46,767 bases of DNA from Candidatus Tumulicola sp. (GCA_039922955.1 JBDTDR010000139.1:1-46767); one strand, 5' to 3'; counted from the stretch's first letter, positions 17,497 to 26,948 are shown. The notes: a model not told the origin generated them from the sequence alone. Made by a program: numbers and translations.

Positions 17497-18241
17497 GCGT
17501 CGATCGACCGGCCGGCGCCGTCGCGCGAATGAAACGGCGATAGACGATTCGCACCGGCGTCGTCTTCGAGCCCTCATGGAGCTGCGCGACGATCGTCAGC
17601 GTCGCGTCGAGCGCCAACAGCATCGCGTCGTCGAGCGAATAGTAAGCCGTCCCATCCATTCGCATGCGTCCCGAGATCGTTGCGTTGGTTCGGGCGGGCA
17701 TGGGCGCAGTCATCGGCCCGTCGGCTTCGAAACGAACGGCCGTGGCAGCGCGACCCGCGATTGCCCCCGCCGTTCCGGGCCGCAAATAGCCGCGCAAGAC
17801 GGCATCGCCGCCGAGTGGCGAGGTCGCGTCGAAGGGCACGGCGTGGCGCAAACCGCGCAAATCGCGGATCGTCACGGCGTCGAGCTGGATGGCGAACGGC
17901 TGGTTGAGAATGGTCAAAAAATCGGGGTCTTCATCGAATCGGTCCTCGAAAGAGCCGTTTGGAAGGATCTCCTGCACGAACCGTGCGTGGAGGCGCGTTT
18001 TGCCGTCGCCGGCGTCCCGCACGTAGCTCGCTTGGGCGTCGTAGCGGGTGTGGTGCCCGTGGCGCTCGACGGACAGACGCTGCGTCCCCGCGTACTCGAC
18101 CCGCGAGACCATTGCAGGCGAACCGACGCGGTACGCGTCGTCGCCTCTCACGTCGTACTGTTGGTCGGCAAACGCGGGTCGCGCGGTTGCCAAAAGCGTG
18201 GCGATCAGAGCGACGGTCGTGATTATTCGGGGGAGTGAAAT
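17432..18241 (-). CDS. Hypothetical secreted protein; start probably non-canonical
   Basis: The ORF-track start is TTG 18193. The frame is open upstream and encodes SLPRIITTVALIATLLATARPAFA, a Sec-type signal peptide. ATT at 18239-18241 sits 6 nt after GGAG. Confidence 0.5.
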   Translation of the reverse strand: MSLPRIITTVALIATLLATARPAFADQQYDVRGDDAYRVGSPAMVSRVEYAGTQRLSVERHGHHTRYDAQASYVRDAGDGKTRLHARFVQEILPNGSFEDRFDEDPDFLTILNQPFAIQLDAVTIRDLRGLRHAVPFDATSPLGGDAVLRGYLRPGTAGAIAGRAATAVRFEADGPMTAPMPARTNATISGRMRMDGTAYYSLDDAMLLALDATLTIVAQLHEGSKTTPVRIVYRRFIRATAPAGRSTPRTPRPTPLPTGAGTVSPATP

Positions 18242-18321
18242 CGTGCGCTCCGTTTCGGAAGAGTCCTTTTCTCTACACTATCACCCGCTGCAAGAGCAGC
18301 CGCCTGGCGGCGCTCGCGGCC

Positions 18322-19137
18322 CTACTGGTCAGCATCGGTGCGGGCCGCAGTCGCGTCGAGGTACACCAAAACCGTCAGCGCGGCGAGCGGCACCCCGACG
18401 ACGGTAAGGATCGGAATCTGAGACCAGAAAGCCGCTTCGGGCACGTGCCTGCGCGCCAGCAGCGCGTAGAGCTCGTTCTGGAGCGCGTACACCACCAACT
18501 GGATCGCGAAAATCGCCAGCGCTCGGGAGAAGACTGGCCATCGCCAGGACGTCTGAAAACTGCGCAAGAAGGCGCGCGGGATCACCGACCACACGGTGAC
18601 GTCGTCATCAACCGTGGCGCTGGCGTCGGTGAACACCAGTAGCGCGCTCAAACCGAAGACGAGCATGCCGGCGACCATGTCGAGCGGTTCGGACGAAAGA
18701 CCGGCGCTCAAGCCGATGGCGCTGACGTAGGCGAGCACGAAGTCGATGACGATCACCGCCCAACTCCGTTCGAGAAAGCGTTCCCAAACGGCCGCTGCCG
18801 TAACCGGCTCCGAGCCTGCATCGGCCGCCGCAAACGCGTAAACAAGCGTCGTCAGGATCGGGAGAACGATGAAGCTGTCGAGGTCGGTTCCGTGCGGTAC
18901 GCGCCAGACGATCGCGACGAGCGCCTGCAAGACGATCAAACCTACGACGACCGGCGCGAAGAGTCCAAAACGGCGGAGTACGAGACGGAATGCCAGCCCG
19001 ATCAGGGCGAGAAATGAAGCCGGCGGTTTAACGCCGCGCTCCGGCGGGCCGTCGTTGACCGATAAAGAAGCGAACGTCCACCGTGCCGTCGCATACGATG
19101 ACGGAGTCCGGGTCGGCAAAGCTGCGGCCGTTGACAT
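18322..19137 (-). CDS. Polytopic membrane protein; N-terminus unresolved (see frameshift finding)
   Basis: At least 5 hydrophobic segments (LALIGLAFRLVL, FAPVVVGLIVLQALVAIV, IVLPILTTLVYAFAAA, AVIVIDFVLAYVSAIGL, MVAGMLVFGLSALLVF, IPILTVVGVPLAALTVLVYL). ATG 19137 is the first canonical start, but coding signal in this frame only begins near 19060. Confidence 0.55.
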   Translation of the reverse strand: MSTAAALPTRTPSSYATARWTFASLSVNDGPPERGVKPPASFLALIGLAFRLVLRRFGLFAPVVVGLIVLQALVAIVWRVPHGTDLDSFIVLPILTTLVYAFAAADAGSEPVTAAAVWERFLERSWAVIVIDFVLAYVSAIGLSAGLSSEPLDMVAGMLVFGLSALLVFTDASATVDDDVTVWSVIPRAFLRSFQTSWRWPVFSRALAIFAIQLVVYALQNELYALLARRHVPEAAFWSQIPILTVVGVPLAALTVLVYLDATAARTDADQ

Positions 19138-19342
19138 TGACGGTGAAGTCGCCGTTGACGAGGCCGGCGAGCGTGCGGCGCACGCTGCGAAGAAATTTAT
19201 CCTGCGGGGCGCGCATGCCGATCGCTTCGCGCACGGCCAGCGCGAGCAGCTCGCGTACCCGCAATGGCGTCGCGCACGCAAAGGCGGCCGAGCCGTCTGC
19301 GGCCACGGCGTGGAGATCCAGCGGTACCCTGACGCGAAGCAT
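19028..19342 (-). CDS. Hypothetical protein, possibly the N-terminal part of the downstream membrane protein
   Basis: 104-aa ORF with strong third-position GC through ...DGTVDVRFFI. The bias collapses in the last ~10 codons. Confidence 0.5.
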   Translation of the reverse strand: MLRVRVPLDLHAVAADGSAAFACATPLRVRELLALAVREAIGMRAPQDKFLRSVRRTLAGLVNGDFTVNVNGRSFADPDSVIVCDGTVDVRFFIGQRRPAGARR

Positions 19343-19401
19343 CGGGACTCATTTTCTCCCGCTTCGAGGAGCTGCCTGCCGGCGGGGATAACCGTACAGG
19401 C

Positions 19402-19800
19402 GTGTCCCACTTCGGGAATGTGCCGGCCGACGTGCTGGTGGGTACGGTCGAGAAGCTCGTCGCCAAAATGGACGAGGGCGATCTCGCCACCGTTTACGAG
19501 CGCGATCTGTCGACGATGCCGGCGGATGCGTTCGGCGCTTTCGTCGAGGCCATGTTCGACGTATTTCGTGGGCGTGGCGAATCTTCCGAAGACGCCGTCG
19601 AAGGCGCGGGAACGACGCTCGAGGGGATCGAGCGGCGTGACGACAGGGCGGTCAACGCGCTGGTCGAATACGCGCGCATCAATCCCGGGCTCTTGAAGGA
19701 AACCACGGCGCTGTTCGTCGAGCACCGTCCGGACTTGGTCGCAACGCTTCCTGCAACGCTGTACCACGCCATCGCCGAGCGGCTGTCGCCCGTTACGTGA
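19402..19800 (+). CDS. Hypothetical protein
   Basis: 132-aa ORF, acidic and helical-looking, with coding-like codon bias. Its stop overlaps the next start (GTGA). Confidence 0.55.
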   Translation: MSHFGNVPADVLVGTVEKLVAKMDEGDLATVYERDLSTMPADAFGAFVEAMFDVFRGRGESSEDAVEGAGTTLEGIERRDDRAVNALVEYARINPGLLKETTALFVEHRPDLVATLPATLYHAIAERLSPVT

Positions 19801-20531
19801 GCGATTCTCCGCGTCGCCGGCGCTCCGACGACGACTCGGGCCAGGGCGGCGGCGGGCTGCCGCTGTTTCCGCTCATCCTGATCGTGATTTTTGCCGGACT
19901 GCTGCTCGGCGGCGTGTTAGCGCATTTCTTCGGGGCTGCGGGCACCTCACCCAAGTCCACGCCGGCAGCCCTCGCACTTGCCTCGCCGCAGTCGTCGCCG
20001 TCGCCGCTGGAACTGCCCTCACCGGGACGATCGCCGCTCCCGTCGCCGACCGCGCGAACATCGCCCAAGCCGTCGCTTCGCGCGTCGGCATCGCCCAGCG
20101 CTCCGGCGAGCGCGACCCCGTCGCCGAAACCCTTGGCGCCGAAAACGCCGTCACCGACCGAGAAACCGCGGGCCGTCGTCACGGCCGCGCCGGCCACGCC
20201 TAGCCGCGCGGCCGCGGTCACGCCGGCGCCCAACTACGTCGCATCCGGCCCGGATCAAGCGGCCGAAATCGTGCGCTCGTATCTGGGCGCGATCGCGCGC
20301 GGCGACCGGGCAACCGCGACCTCGTACCTAGCGCGCGGGCTTCCCGGCGAAGTGTTCATGGATTCAGCTTCGCGGATCGTCTCGGTGCACTCGTCGGCGG
20401 CCGGCGCCTCGCAATATAAGGCCACGGCCGACGTGCAAACGTCAACCGGCGAATACCACGTTACGTTTGCGTTGGAGCCTGGACCGGGCGGTTTACAAAT
20501 CACCGACCACTACGCCATCAAGGTTCACTAG
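19797..20531 (+). CDS. Single-pass membrane protein with a Pro/Ser-rich linker and a small C-terminal domain
   Basis: Basic N-terminus, TM segment LPLFPLILIVIFAGLLLGGVLAHFF, a PS-rich spacer of about 110 aa, then a ~100-aa globular region. Confidence 0.6.
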   Translation: MSDSPRRRRSDDDSGQGGGGLPLFPLILIVIFAGLLLGGVLAHFFGAAGTSPKSTPAALALASPQSSPSPLELPSPGRSPLPSPTARTSPKPSLRASASPSAPASATPSPKPLAPKTPSPTEKPRAVVTAAPATPSRAAAVTPAPNYVASGPDQAAEIVRSYLGAIARGDRATATSYLARGLPGEVFMDSASRIVSVHSSAAGASQYKATADVQTSTGEYHVTFALEPGPGGLQITDHYAIKVH

Positions 20532-20538
20532 CGGCCGG

Positions 20539-22167
20539 CTAGACTTCGGCGCCGAGGCCGGTGGTCGCGCGCACTTGGAGTTGATCGAACATTTGCTCGG
20601 ACGACGAATCGCGCGCGACCAGCGTGCCGATAACTGCGCCGGCGAGGCCGATCGGAATCGAGACGAGGCCCGGATTGTCGAGCGGAAAGATCGCGTGGGT
20701 TCCCATTGCGACCGGGCTGATCGCGATCAGCGCGAGCGCGGAAATTAGGCCGGAAAGCATCCCAGCGATCGCGCCACCACGCGAAAAGCGGCGCCACGAA
20801 AGCGAGAGCAGGATCACGGGCACGTTGGCGCTGGCCGCAACGGCGAACGCTAGACCGACCAGAAAGGCGACGTTAAAACCGCGCAGCGCAATCGAGAGCG
20901 CGATAGCGAGCGCGCCGACCACGACCGCGGTGGCGCGCGCGACGAAGAGGTGCTCGGTTTCATCGCCCTTCCCGTTGCGCACGAGATTGAACCAGATGTC
21001 GTGGGCGAACGCCGACGACGCGGTAATCGTAAGGCCGGCGACGACGGCCAAGATCGTCGCGAACGCAACGGCGGCGACGAAAGCCGTCAGGAGAGGCCCG
21101 CCGAGGTTGCCTGCCAGCAGCGGAGCGGCCAGATTACTGTTCGCGACCGGTACGACGAACCCGTCGTGAATGAGTTGTGCGTCGAGCGCTCGCTGTTGCT
21201 CGGGATGGTGCGCGATGTATTGGATGGCTTGCCCGGCATACATGCGTTTGCCGATGTGATCTTGTCCGACGATCGTTGCCGCGCCCAATCCCATGAACGA
21301 CGTCGTGAGGTAGAACGCTCCGACCAGAACCATCGCCCACGCGACCGACGTTCGCGCCGCTTTCGCGGTCGGCACGGTAAAGAAGCGCATGAGGATGTGG
21401 GGCAGGCCGGCCGTGCCTAGAACGAGCGCCAGTCCGAGCGAAATGAGATTCCAAGCGCCGAGCGGCCCGTGGTAGAGCAGGCCGGGTCGGAGGAGGTTGG
21501 TGGGGGTGCCGGCGATCGGAACCTTCGTTGCCGCATTTAAGAACTGTCCGAGCGAAAAATTAAAATGCCCCATTACGAGGAGCGAAAGCCCGATTGCGGT
21601 CACCAACAGCAGCCCGGCTTTGATGATTTGCACCCACGTCGTCGCGAGCATTCCGCCGAAGAGCACGTACACCAGCATGAGGACGCCGACGACGCCGATG
21701 GCGACAAAATCGGGGAACTGCGGCAGCAGCAGATTGACGATGAGACCGCTGCCCACCATCTGAGCGATCATGTAGAAGAGCGTAATGGCGAGCGTCGAGA
21801 CCGCCGCGATGGCGCGAACGCCGCGCCCGCGCAAACGAAACGAGATGAGGTCCGCCATCGTGTATTTGCCGGTGTTCCGCAGCTGCTCGGCGACCAGGAA
21901 GAGAACGGCGAGATAGGCGACGAGCCATCCGACCGAATACATGAAGCCGTCGAAACCGTAAAACGCCACCAAGCCGGTGATGCCGAGAAACGATGCGGCC
22001 GACATATAGTCACCGGCGATCGCCCAACCGTTCTGCAAACCGCCGATGCGCCGGTGGGCCGTGTAAAATCCACGACTCGTCGTGCTCTGTCCGGAGGCCC
22101 AGTACGTTACGATTAGCGTGATGCCGACGAAAATCGCGAATATGACCAGCGAAGGTTGCGATCTCAT
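20539..22167 (-). CDS. actP: Sodium:solute symporter family permease (cation/acetate symporter ActP-like)
   Basis: FYTAHRRIGGLQNGWAIAGDYMSAASFLGITG and many TM segments. ATG 22167 overlaps the DUF485 stop (ATGA), the usual yjcH-actP arrangement. Confidence 0.8.
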   Translation of the reverse strand: MRSQPSLVIFAIFVGITLIVTYWASGQSTTSRGFYTAHRRIGGLQNGWAIAGDYMSAASFLGITGLVAFYGFDGFMYSVGWLVAYLAVLFLVAEQLRNTGKYTMADLISFRLRGRGVRAIAAVSTLAITLFYMIAQMVGSGLIVNLLLPQFPDFVAIGVVGVLMLVYVLFGGMLATTWVQIIKAGLLLVTAIGLSLLVMGHFNFSLGQFLNAATKVPIAGTPTNLLRPGLLYHGPLGAWNLISLGLALVLGTAGLPHILMRFFTVPTAKAARTSVAWAMVLVGAFYLTTSFMGLGAATIVGQDHIGKRMYAGQAIQYIAHHPEQQRALDAQLIHDGFVVPVANSNLAAPLLAGNLGGPLLTAFVAAVAFATILAVVAGLTITASSAFAHDIWFNLVRNGKGDETEHLFVARATAVVVGALAIALSIALRGFNVAFLVGLAFAVAASANVPVILLSLSWRRFSRGGAIAGMLSGLISALALIAISPVAMGTHAIFPLDNPGLVSIPIGLAGAVIGTLVARDSSSEQMFDQLQVRATTGLGAEV

Positions 22168-22493
22168 GCCTTGATCTCGCGGGTCGCGCGATGCCGGATG
22201 CGCGCCGCTTGGAGGTCGAAGCTGCGGGCCCGCCAGAGGTAAAGCGCGAGCAAAATCCACGCCATCGCGAACTGCGCTAGCGCAAAGCAATAGGCCAGGG
22301 TGAGCGGCCCGATGACCGCCCGGCTCATGAACTGGGGCGCGAACCCGACCGAAACGGGAAGCGCGAGGTAAAAGACGATGAAAAACACCGTCGCCGGAAT
22401 GACGAAGCGGCGCCGCGCGGCCATGAGCGCACGGAACTCCGGCCCGGCTGCCAGAGCGTGCCACTGCTCGGGGGTAACCTGACGATGCTCCAC
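22164..22493 (-). CDS. DUF485-family small membrane protein (YjcH-like)
   Basis: About 109 aa from GTG 22493, two TM segments (FVIPATVFFIVFYLALPV, LAYCFALAQFAMAWILLALY), and coupled to the symporter gene. Confidence 0.7.
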   Translation of the reverse strand: MEHRQVTPEQWHALAAGPEFRALMAARRRFVIPATVFFIVFYLALPVSVGFAPQFMSRAVIGPLTLAYCFALAQFAMAWILLALYLWRARSFDLQAARIRHRATREIKA

Positions 22494-22552
22494 GACCCCG
22501 GAGTTTTCTGCCCGGCGGCGGCTACCTCTAAGCAACCTGACGATTAGGGCCC

Positions 22553-22948
22553 TTAAGACTCCTCGTCGGGCCAGCCGGCGAGTTCGCCGATCGCGGCGCT
22601 CTTGAGCACGCGCAAGCCCAGCATGGCGCATTTCATGCGCGTCGGACTTATGCCGATGCCCACGTTTTCCAAGACGACGTCTTTTGAGAGTTTCGCCACG
22701 TCCTCGAGCGTCATCCCCTTAATCGATTCGGTCAACATCGAAGCCGACGCCTGGCTGATCGCGCAGCCTTTACCGGAGAACCGGACGTCGCGCACGACCC
22801 CGCCGCCATCGACGTTGAGCTCCATGTGAATCGTGTCGCCGCACAGAGGATTGAGATCGTCGGCCTGTACGTCGGGACGATCCAGATGCCCGAAGTTGCG
22901 CGGGTTCCGGTAGTGGTCGAGGACGTAATCGCGGTAGAAGTCGTCCAA
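22553..22948 (-). CDS. sufU: SUF-system Fe-S cluster scaffold/sulfur acceptor SufU
   Basis: YRNPRNFG, NPLCGD, SGKGCAISQASASM and MKCAMLG motifs. Confidence 0.88.
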   Translation of the reverse strand: MDDFYRDYVLDHYRNPRNFGHLDRPDVQADDLNPLCGDTIHMELNVDGGGVVRDVRFSGKGCAISQASASMLTESIKGMTLEDVAKLSKDVVLENVGIGISPTRMKCAMLGLRVLKSAAIGELAGWPDEES

Positions 22949-22949
22949 T

Positions 22950-24215
22950 TTAGACTTTAAAGACTTGGGCGGCTTTGGTTAGGGCGGCGGCTAGGGCGTC
23001 GATGTCGGCGTGCGAGTTGTAGAGGTAGAACGACGCGCGGGCGGTTGAGGACCAGCCCATTTTCTCCATGAGCGGCATCGTGCAGTGGTGGCCGGCGCGG
23101 ATGCAGACGCCTTCGGTATCGAGGATCGACGCGAGGTCGTGTGCGTGGATGTCGGCAAAGTTGAACGAGATCACGCCGGAAATGAGGGCCGGATCGCGGG
23201 GGCCGTAGATGGCCATGCCGCGCCGCTCGAACTCGCCGAGCCTCTCGAGGGCGTAGGCCGTGAGTTCGCGCTCGTGTTCGCGCACCCAATCCATCCCGAC
23301 GGCTTCGAGGTACTCCACGGCGACGCCGAAGGCGATCGCGTCGGCGATGTTGCTGGTGCCGGCCTCGAACCTCCATGGAGGCTCGGCGAAGGTCGCCCGC
23401 TCGTACTCGACGTTGTGGATCATATCGCCGCCCGAGCCGAACGGAGGCATGGAGTCGAGCAGGGCGCGCTTGCCGTACAAAACGCCGATGCCGGTCGGCC
23501 CCAGCATCTTGTGCCCGCTGAATGCGTAGAAATCCGCATCCAGCGCCGCGACGTCGACGCGCAAATGAGGAGCGCCTTGCGCGCCATCCACTAAAACGAC
23601 GGCGCCCGCCGCATGCGCGCGTGGAATCACGACGTCGAGCGGGGCGATCGTGCCGATCGTGTTGCTGACGTGGCCGATTGCGACGAGTTTGCAGCCGTCG
23701 AGCAGTTCGTCGAGATCGTCGAGAACGAGCAGCCCGCGCGCGTCGACGGGAATGAAACGCAGCTCGGCGCCCGTGCGCTGTGCGAGCAACTGCCACGGGA
23801 TCAGGTCGGAGTGATGCTCCAGCTCCGTCAGCAGGATCGCGTCGCCGGCTTTGATGTTTGTCGATCCCCAGCTGTATGCGACCAGATTTATTGCCTCGGT
23901 CGCGTTGCGAACCCAGACGATTTCTCGAACGTCGGCGTTGATGAAATGCGCGAGCTTGACGCGAGCCGCTTCGAACTCCGCCGTCGCGCGTTCCGCGATT
24001 TCGTAGACGCCGCGATGGATGTTCGCGTTATATTGCTCGTAATAGTCGACCAGCGCCTGGATGACGGCGCGCGGTTTCTGCGACGTGGCCGCCGAATCGA
24101 GATACACCAGCCGCTTGCCGCGCGACGTAGGACGCCCGAGAATCGGAAAGTCCGCAGCGATGCGCGCGAGTTTGGCGTCGTCGAACGTCGTCACGGCAGG
24201 CATGGTCTGCGTCAC
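22950..24215 (-). CDS. sufS: Cysteine desulfurase SufS
   Basis: YLDSAATSQKP, NANIHRG, FSGHKMLGPTGIGVLYG (PLP lysine) and RAGHHCTMP (active-site Cys loop). Confidence 0.9.
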   Translation of the reverse strand: MTQTMPAVTTFDDAKLARIAADFPILGRPTSRGKRLVYLDSAATSQKPRAVIQALVDYYEQYNANIHRGVYEIAERATAEFEAARVKLAHFINADVREIVWVRNATEAINLVAYSWGSTNIKAGDAILLTELEHHSDLIPWQLLAQRTGAELRFIPVDARGLLVLDDLDELLDGCKLVAIGHVSNTIGTIAPLDVVIPRAHAAGAVVLVDGAQGAPHLRVDVAALDADFYAFSGHKMLGPTGIGVLYGKRALLDSMPPFGSGGDMIHNVEYERATFAEPPWRFEAGTSNIADAIAFGVAVEYLEAVGMDWVREHERELTAYALERLGEFERRGMAIYGPRDPALISGVISFNFADIHAHDLASILDTEGVCIRAGHHCTMPLMEKMGWSSTARASFYLYNSHADIDALAAALTKAAQVFKV

Positions 24216-25396
24216 GGGAGCTTCGCCTGAAGCGCGCTGCGGATTTCATCGCGCAGCGCGTTCGTTGGAAAATGCGCGATCGCCGGCTCGAAAAACCCGA
24301 GTGCAATCATGCGTTCGGCCGCGTTGCGCTCGATTCCGCGACTCTCCATGTAGAAAATCTGCTCGCCGTCGAGCGCGCCGACGGTCGCGCCGTGATACGC
24401 TTTGACGTCATTCGCGGCAATTTCGAGAGCGGGTACGGAATCGATGTGCGCTTTGGTCGAGAGCAGCAAGGCGTCGTCGCGCAGGTTGGCATTGGTGCCC
24501 TGGGCGTTGCGTGCGATCCGAATGTTGCCCAGAAAGCGCGCTTGGCCGCGGTCGACCGCGGCCGATTTCACGAGCGTCTCCGAGTTGGAGTCGCCCACCA
24601 AGTGGTCGACCGTGCTGACGACGTCCACGTGCTGCGATCCCTGCGGGAAGAAGAGCGCGGTAATTCGGACTTCGACGCCGGGACGTTCGATCGCGACCGA
24701 GATGTCGGTGACGGCCAGCGCGCTTCCGAGCTCCGCGCACGCCCAAGAAATCTTTGCATTGTTGCCCGGGCGCGCGGCACGGGTCGCGAAGACGCGCGCT
24801 CCGGTCGAGAGTTCTTGGCAGCTCGCGTAAACGAGTTCGGCGTGCTCTTCGGTGACGATTTCGGTGGCGCCGCAGACGAACGCGGCGCCGTCGCCGCCCG
24901 TGCAGCGTTCGATTACGGTTGCGCGCGCCCCGCGCTCCGCCAGAACGACGGTGTAGGGAAACACCGACGCGCCGGCCGGCACGTCGTAGGTGATGACGAC
25001 CGGCTCGTCGGATGCCACGTCGGCCGGAACGTACACGAACGCGCCAAGCTGTGCAAACGCAGCCGCCAGCGCGCCGAACTTGGTCGTGCCGGCCGCGGTC
25101 GTGCCGAACGCACGCGCCAAGAGCGGCGCGTGCAGGCGTGCTGCCGCGGCTAGGTCGCATGCGACGAGGCGTGCGTTCGCGTTCTCGATCCGTACGCTGC
25201 CGGCTACGCCGGCGACCGTTTCAGGGACGATCGATTCGAGATCGGTCTTCCAGTAACGGCCGGGCCGCTCGCGCCCGGTTCGCGTAGCGAAGAATCGGTC
25301 GAGCGCGCGGGAGCGCACGTCGGGGGCGAGCAGGTCGCCGTCGAAGGCGGCGAGCCGTTCGCGCAGGTCTTCGCCGGGGGCGATCGCGCTAGGCAA
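24212..25396 (-). CDS. sufD: Fe-S cluster assembly protein SufD
   Basis: SufB/D beta-helix C-terminal region (VDHLVGDSNSE..., AYHGATVGALDGEQIFYMESRGI). About 394 aa from TTG 25396, which overlaps the sufC stop by 8 nt. The size fits SufD rather than SufB. Confidence 0.75.
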   Translation of the reverse strand: MPSAIAPGEDLRERLAAFDGDLLAPDVRSRALDRFFATRTGRERPGRYWKTDLESIVPETVAGVAGSVRIENANARLVACDLAAAARLHAPLLARAFGTTAAGTTKFGALAAAFAQLGAFVYVPADVASDEPVVITYDVPAGASVFPYTVVLAERGARATVIERCTGGDGAAFVCGATEIVTEEHAELVYASCQELSTGARVFATRAARPGNNAKISWACAELGSALAVTDISVAIERPGVEVRITALFFPQGSQHVDVVSTVDHLVGDSNSETLVKSAAVDRGQARFLGNIRIARNAQGTNANLRDDALLLSTKAHIDSVPALEIAANDVKAYHGATVGALDGEQIFYMESRGIERNAAERMIALGFFEPAIAHFPTNALRDEIRSALQAKLP

Positions 25397-26159
25397 TGGC
25401 GCCGATCTCCTCGCGAATCGTGTCGTACCCCTCGTTCTCGATGCGGTTGGCAAGATCGTGCCCGCCGGTCTTGACGATGCGCCCGTCGATCATGACGTGC
25501 ACGACGTCGGGCGTGATGTATTGGAGGATCCGCGGGTAATGCGTGATGATCAGGAAGCCGGCGGCGCGCCCCTCGTCGCTCGCGCGCAGCGTCTTGACCG
25601 AGTCGCAAACGTCTTTGAGCGCATCGACGTCGAGCCCGGAGTCGGTCTCGTCGAGGACGGCGTATTTCGGCGCGAGGACGGCGAGCTGCAGCATTTCGAG
25701 ACGCTTCTTTTCACCGCCGGAGAAGCCGTCGTTGAGATAGCGTCCCATGAACGAAGGGTCCATGCCGAGGACCTCCATCTTTTCCATCAGGAGCGCACGA
25801 AACTTCGCCGGCGCAAGATCGCCGGGGCGCACGGCCTGTCGGGCGGCGTGCAGGAAGTTTGCGACTTTGATGCCCGGGATCGCCGCCGGATACTGAAACG
25901 AGAGAAACAGACCGGCGCGGGCCCGCTTGTCCGGCGGCAGCGCCAACACGTCGACGCCGTCGAGATGCACGCTGCCGCGGGTGACGGCATATTGCGGATG
26001 CCCGGTGAGCGAGAAGGCGAGCGTCGATTTTCCGCTGCCGTTTGGGCCCATTAAGGCGTGAACTTTCCCCGGTTCGACGATCAGGTCGATCCCCTTGAGA
26101 ATTTCTTTTCCAGCGACGCTGCAGTGCAGGTCAGCGATGCGTAGGCCCGGCTCGGACAC
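25389..26159 (-). CDS. sufC: Fe-S cluster assembly ATPase SufC
   Basis: Walker A GPNGSGKST, signature FSGGEKKR, Walker B YAVLDETDSGLD. GTG 26159 is preceded by GAGGGAGAA. Confidence 0.9.
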   Translation of the reverse strand: MSEPGLRIADLHCSVAGKEILKGIDLIVEPGKVHALMGPNGSGKSTLAFSLTGHPQYAVTRGSVHLDGVDVLALPPDKRARAGLFLSFQYPAAIPGIKVANFLHAARQAVRPGDLAPAKFRALLMEKMEVLGMDPSFMGRYLNDGFSGGEKKRLEMLQLAVLAPKYAVLDETDSGLDVDALKDVCDSVKTLRASDEGRAAGFLIITHYPRILQYITPDVVHVMIDGRIVKTGGHDLANRIENEGYDTIREEIGAIA

Positions 26160-26179
26160 GCGCGTTCTCCCTCTAGTTG

Positions 26180-26264
26180 CTGATTTTCCGCAGCGCGGAC
26201 TGCGGTCCAAAATGTATCGTAGCCGAGGCTCTCCTAGAAAGTCAAGGAAAAACTTTACTATCTA
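26180..26264. promoter_or_regulatory. Divergent sufC/sufR control region with inverted repeats (candidate operator) and a -10-like TACTAT
   Basis: CCGCAG-N6-CTGCGG at 26187-26204, flanked by TTTTGGA and AAAATC on the minus sense. Imperfect CTAGAAAGT-N9-ACTTTactatCTAG at 26233-26264. TACTAT at 26255-26260 lies 34 nt upstream of the sufR ATG. The stretch is locally AT-rich. Confidence 0.3.
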
Positions 26265-26293
26265 GCGGCCTTCGTGCTAGGATATCCGAAAAG

Positions 26294-26941
26294 ATGCATG
26301 CCGACCGGTTTTTCGCCTCAACCCGTGGGAAGATCGTGACCGAACTGCGCCGACGCGGCTCGGCCTCGGCCGCCGACCTGGCGCACGAATTTGGGCTTTC
26401 GCCCAATGCCGTCAGGCAGCAGCTAGTCGTTCTGGAGCGCGACGGCCTGGTTACGGAGAACCCGGTTCGCCGTGGGCCGACCAAGCCGACGCTCGAATTT
26501 TCGCTGACGGATGAGGCCGGCAAGCTCTTTCCGCAGGCGCACGACAAGATGCTCGCGGCGGTCCTGCGCGAGGTTCGCGAGCAGTTCGGTACGCCGGCGG
26601 TCGACCGAATCTTCGACGGGCTGTCGAAGCGAGCGGTCGAACGGGCCCGCCGGCACGTTACGGCCGAGGCTCCGGAGCAGCGGGTTGCTCAGCTCACCGA
26701 GATGCTGCGCGCGACCGGCGTCGTGGCCGAATACAGCCTCATCGACGGCGGCTTCGCGCTCCACGAGCACAACTGTCCCTACTCCAACGTCGCCGCGGAT
26801 CATCCGGAGATGTGCCAAGTGATCCACAACGTGATCGACGAGAGCATCGGCGGCGAGCACGAGCAAACCGAGTCGCTGGCTCGCGGCGGCAAAGAATGCC
26901 GGTTCGAAATGAAACTCCACGCCACTACACCTACATCGTAA
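26294..26941 (+). CDS. sufR: ArsR/DeoR-like wHTH regulator with a C-terminal Cys cluster (SufR-like)
   Basis: wHTH SAADLAHEFGLSPNAVRQQLVVLERDGLV. C-terminal cysteines HNCPYS...EMCQV...KECRF. Divergent from sufC. Confidence 0.65.
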   Translation: MHADRFFASTRGKIVTELRRRGSASAADLAHEFGLSPNAVRQQLVVLERDGLVTENPVRRGPTKPTLEFSLTDEAGKLFPQAHDKMLAAVLREVREQFGTPAVDRIFDGLSKRAVERARRHVTAEAPEQRVAQLTEMLRATGVVAEYSLIDGGFALHEHNCPYSNVAADHPEMCQVIHNVIDESIGGEHEQTESLARGGKECRFEMKLHATTPTS

Positions 26942-26948
26942 AGGGATC

